Position numbers and translations under genes: made by a program
Shown: positions 61,701 to 64,000 of the stretch, piece by piece
Layout of the letters: each line of letters opens with the position of its first letter
Position numbering within the stretch: position 1 is the first letter of the stretch
NCBI GenBank assembly: GCA_963708295.1
Contig: CAVPSJ010000005.1
Coordinates: 1 to 64,000, forward strand
Direction: 5' to 3'
DNA length: 64,000 bases
Origin: an uncultured delta proteobacterium
GTDB lineage: Bacteria; Desulfobacterota; BSN033; UBA1163
The notes under the pieces: model-generated
Seen by the model: the letters and a program-made list of their open reading frames with translations, nothing else
What the model was told of the DNA's origin: nothing
Database searches by the model: none

Positions 61701-63200
61701 CTTGGCGACGCGATGTATCTCCTCGGCCATTTCCGGAGTGGCAATGGCTTCATCAAAATCAAGCCAGCCCTCCAGGATCCGATCGACCAGCTCCCTTCCT
61801 CCCGCATAGGTCGCTCCTGCCGCCAAGGCCTCTTTCTTCCATCTCTCCGTTAAAACCAAGATCTTGGGAGGGTTCCCCTTCAGGCCGATTTTATGGTTCA
61901 GCTTCATCCTCCCCACTTTGGACAGGTCGTAGCGTTCGGCGTTGAAGAAAAGATTGTAGAAAAGGCCGATGGCTGTCTCGATCGTGGGAGGGTCTCCAGG
62001 ACGGAGCCTTTTGTAGATATCAATCAAAGCCTTTTCGGATTCCTTCTCTCGAAGAGATTTGCCGGGTTCGAGAACGGGCAATTTCTCTCTTTCTTCTGCG
62101 GTCAATCCGATCTTATCCATCACCAGTGTATCCCGCAATGAAGAGCTGACATTGATATTGTCGATGAACAGGATTTCGAAGGCCTCGACCTTCCTCTCCT
62201 TCATCGTGTCCAGTAGTTTTTCCGTCACCTCATCATTCGATTCGGCAATCACTTCCCCCGTTTCAGGGGCAACCACATCCTTCGCCAGGTATCGTCCGAT
62301 CAAATCCTCGGTTTCCACCGAAATGGTATTGATCTTCGCAAGCTCCAGCTTATCAAAAGCGTCCTCTGTAATCCGGCGATGCTTCTTCAGGATGAGCTTA
62401 TGCGTTTCCGGATCGAGGATATCGGAGGTGGCTTTCTGCCCCACCAATACCTCTCTTGCAATCTCTTTTTGAAATTTTCCTCTCCGGATCAGGACCTTCT
62501 CCTTACGATAGAAATAGTCCAACAGCTCTTCCCCGGTGTACTTGAGAGCCCGAAGGAGGACAGTGACAGGAATCTTCCGGCGTCGGTCGATTCTGACGTG
62601 GAGAAGATCTTTCTGGTCAAATTCGAAGTCGATCCAAGATCCACGGTATGGAATGATGCGTGCATAGTAGAACACCTTCCCACCGGTTTGGGGTTTGATT
62701 TGATCCTGGTCAAAAAAGACTCCAGGAGAGCGATGAAGTTGACTGACGATGACCCGCTCGGTCCCGTTCACAATGAACGTCCCGTTCTCGGTCATGAGGG
62801 GGATCTCACCAAAATAGACTTCTTGCTCTTTGACAGCCTTGATGCTCCTGGCCTTGGTTTCTTCGTTTATATCCCAGACCACCAGGCGGACCGTCACCTT
62901 GATCGGGGCAGCATAGGTCATCCCTCTGAGCAGGCATTCTTCCACATCGTACTTTGGCTCGGTCAGGCGGTAATTGACGAATTCAAGAGAAGCCGTTTCG
63001 TAAAAATCCTTAATCGGAAAGACGGTTTTGAATACCGCCTGAAGACCCACCGGTTCCCGTCTTTCCACATCCACATTGGCCTGAAGAAACTGCTCGTAGG
63101 ATCTTTTTTGAACCTCGATCAGATTGGAGATCTCCAGGACCTCTTTGATCTTAGAAAAGTTCTTCCGATATCTCCGATAGATAGGGACAACATTGGCCAT
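58740..63200 (-). CDS. rpoB: RNA polymerase beta subunit carrying a uL1 domain II insertion
   Basis: [47 protein letters not shown]; extra segment 61611-61880 resembles uL1. Confidence 0.98.
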   Translation of the reverse strand: MANVVPIYRRYRKNFSKIKEVLEISNLIEVQKRSYEQFLQANVDVERREPVGLQAVFKTVFPIKDFYETASLEFVNYRLTEPKYDVEECLLRGMTYAAPIKVTVRLVVWDINEETKARSIKAVKEQEVYFGEIPLMTENGTFIVNGTERVIVSQLHRSPGVFFDQDQIKPQTGGKVFYYARIIPYRGSWIDFEFDQKDLLHVRIDRRRKIPVTVLLRALKYTGEELLDYFYRKEKVLIRRGKFQKEIAREVLVGQKATSDILDPETHKLILKKHRRITEDAFDKLELAKINTISVETEDLIGRYLAKDVVAPETGEVIAESNDEVTEKLLDTMKERKVEAFEILFIDNINVSSSLRDTLVMDKIGLTAEEREKLPVLEPGKSLREKESEKALIDIYKRLRPGDPPTIETAIGLFYNLFFNAERYDLSKVGRMKLNHKIGLKGNPPKILVLTERWKKEALAAGATYAGGRELVDRILEGWLDFDEAIATPEMAEEIHRVAKILHPIGLMPSMKDGTLTDDVQGKIRKILEDEKTTLRRKDILEVVKYLIKLKDGQGAVDDIDHLGNRRVRTVGELLENQYHIGLVRIERAIKERMSLQDVETLMPHDLINSKPLSAVIKEFFGSSQLSQFMDQTNPLSEITHKRRLSALGPGGLTRERAGFEVRDVHPTHYGRICPIETPEGPNIGLITSLSTYARVNDYGFIETPYREVSHGKVTNHIRYLFALDEEEEVDGQKPAIAQANAPLDKEGRFTAPLISARRGGEFMMVKSDEIRYMDVSPKQLVSVATSLVPFLENDDANRALMGSNMQRQAVPLLKTDAPLIGTGMEAIVARDSGVTIVAKRDGVVEDVDASRIVIRADEDGQKADDPGVDIYTLIKYKRSNQNTCINQRPIVYTGEHVKKGEVIADGPATNMGELALGRNVLVGFMPWGGYNFEDSILMSEKLLKEDTYTSIHIEEMECVARDTKLGKEEITCDIPNAGEEALKDLDESGIIRIGAEVNPGDILVGKVTPKGETQLSPEEKLLRAIFGEKAGDVRDTSLRVPHGIEGIVIDAKVFSRKGQERDERTKAIEDQEKARLLKNQADEIRIIQNSTRRKIGKYLAGKRAAHKVSDDKKNRVYLEAKDKIKEEHLMTIPFDRLKEIDIVEGKRVLADVHRFLDHAELQINVVKEVFADKLAKLKRGDELAPGVIKTVKVYIAMKRKLSVGDKMSGRHGNKGIISRILPEEDMPYLEDGTPVDVILNPLGVPSRMNVGQILETHLGWAAKGLGWKIEEFLRKHFNPSLLRRKIKEIYSSKEVNTYLEQATDEEIVDLARRLGEGIFVSVPVFDGASEEEIKNLLEKAGLPTSGQTVLYDGRTGEPFHQKVTVGYMYILKLHHLVDDKIHARSIGPYSLVTQQPLGGKAQFGGQRLGEMEVWALEAYGAAHSLQEFLTVKSDDVAGRTRVYEAIVKGEHTLEPGLPESFNVLVKELQSLCLDTELVEEKREEI

Positions 63201-63314
63201 AATCAATCCCCTCCCTTAAATAGAAAGTCTCTTCCCGTTCGGACTGCCACCGCTCCTTCGCTTTGTCCTTCTGAGAAGAGACAACAGGGTCCCTCAACAC
63301 CTCTGAATGTTTTG

Positions 63315-63704
63315 TTACTTAACTTCGGCCGTCCCCCCAGCCTCTTCAAGCTTTTTCTTCATCGCTGCGGCGTCGTCTTTCGAAACTCCTTCTTTGACTG
63401 GCTTGGGGACTCCTTCCACAAGGTCTTTGGCTTCCTTCAAACCCAATCCGGTCAGTTCTCTGACCACCTTAATCACTTGGATTTTCTTGTCACCAAAACC
63501 CGTCAGGATGACATCAAATTCTGTCTTTTCTTCAGCGGCAGCGGTTTCCGCTCCCGCACCCGCTCCGGCCATGGGCATCGCTGCCATCGCCATGGGCGCG
63601 GTGGCCTTGACTCCCAATTTTTCTTCCAGGGCCTTCACCAAGTCACGGGCTTCAAGCAAAGTTAAACCACTGATCTCTTCGGCAATCTTCTGGATATCTG
63701 ACAT
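63315..63704 (-). CDS. rplL: 50S ribosomal protein bL12 (L7/L12)
   Basis: [10 protein letters not shown]...[24 protein letters not shown]. Confidence 0.98.
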   Translation of the reverse strand: MSDIQKIAEEISGLTLLEARDLVKALEEKLGVKATAPMAMAAMPMAGAGAGAETAAAEEKTEFDVILTGFGDKKIQVIKVVRELTGLGLKEAKDLVEGVPKPVKEGVSKDDAAAMKKKLEEAGGTAEVK

Positions 63705-63813
63705 TTCAAAAATCCTCCTATCTTATTAATTAGAGGGTCGAATGTGGAAGGTCGAAAGCAGTTCTCAAAATCATTCATGGACGTTCTGCTTCCTACCTCC
63801 TGCGCTCACCCTT

Positions 63814-63999
63814 CTACTTTCCACTTTCCAGTTCAGCCAACTGATCCGCACGGGCCTGAATGATCCCAACTACCTGCTGGATCCCATTGTGGATCACCGC
63901 AGCAACCTGGGTTGCTGCTCCCTGAATGCCTCCCAGGACTTGACCAAACAGGACCTCGCGAGAAGGCATCGTTGCCAGGGCCTTGACTTCTTCGGGAGA
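63814..63999 (-). CDS. rplJ: 50S ribosomal protein uL10, C-terminal part (truncated by the window edge)
   Basis: SPEEVKALATMPSREVLFGQVLG...; position directly upstream of rplL. Confidence 0.9.
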   Translation of the reverse strand, partial: SPEEVKALATMPSREVLFGQVLGGIQGAATQVAAVIHNGIQQVVGIIQARADQLAELESGK

Positions 64000-64000
64000 G

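Noticed and set aside
61611-61880. Intein in RpoB
   Set aside because: No N-terminal Cys/Ser or C-terminal His-Asn splice motifs; the segment matches uL1 domain II instead.
62379-63665. 428-aa plus-strand ORF
   Set aside because: Antisense shadow of rpoB and rplL with no recognisable motifs.

Overview
Bacterial chromosomal window, inferred from its gene set (RpoB/RpoC, GlnRS, AOR, Tol-Pal, repeat families) to come from an anaerobic Desulfobacterota/'deltaproteobacterial' organism. From 1 to 15.4 kb there is a minus-strand lipid/polyketide operon: YghO/bCerS-like GNAT, permuted papain-like protein, 2.65-kaa Pfa-like iterative type I PKS with tandem N-terminal enoyl-reductase domains, PPTase, second GNAT, ABC-2 exporter and B12-radical SAM. 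From 15.6 to 36.5 kb there are stress and small-protein genes, several with sigma54-type promoters, a second B12-radical SAM, FtsH, Csp, RRM, glnS, a rhomboid-DnaJ_C fusion, tRNA-Glu(CUC) and a probable islet. From 36.5 to 64 kb there are ydhYVW-like AOR genes, uvrB, Fe-S/DUF362 genes, groESL, LysR, tolB-pal-cpoB, a Rieske protein and rplJ'-rplL-rpoB-rpoC. The most striking observation is that RpoB carries an in-frame ~90-aa insertion in its lobe domain that is clearly homologous to domain II of ribosomal protein uL1. Also notable are the possible PKS-to-amide-lipid (ceramide-like) pathway and a candidate C-terminal CxxU selenoprotein. Four apparent +1 frameshifts look like sequencing-consensus errors. 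All family assignments come from motif recognition by eye; no searches were run.
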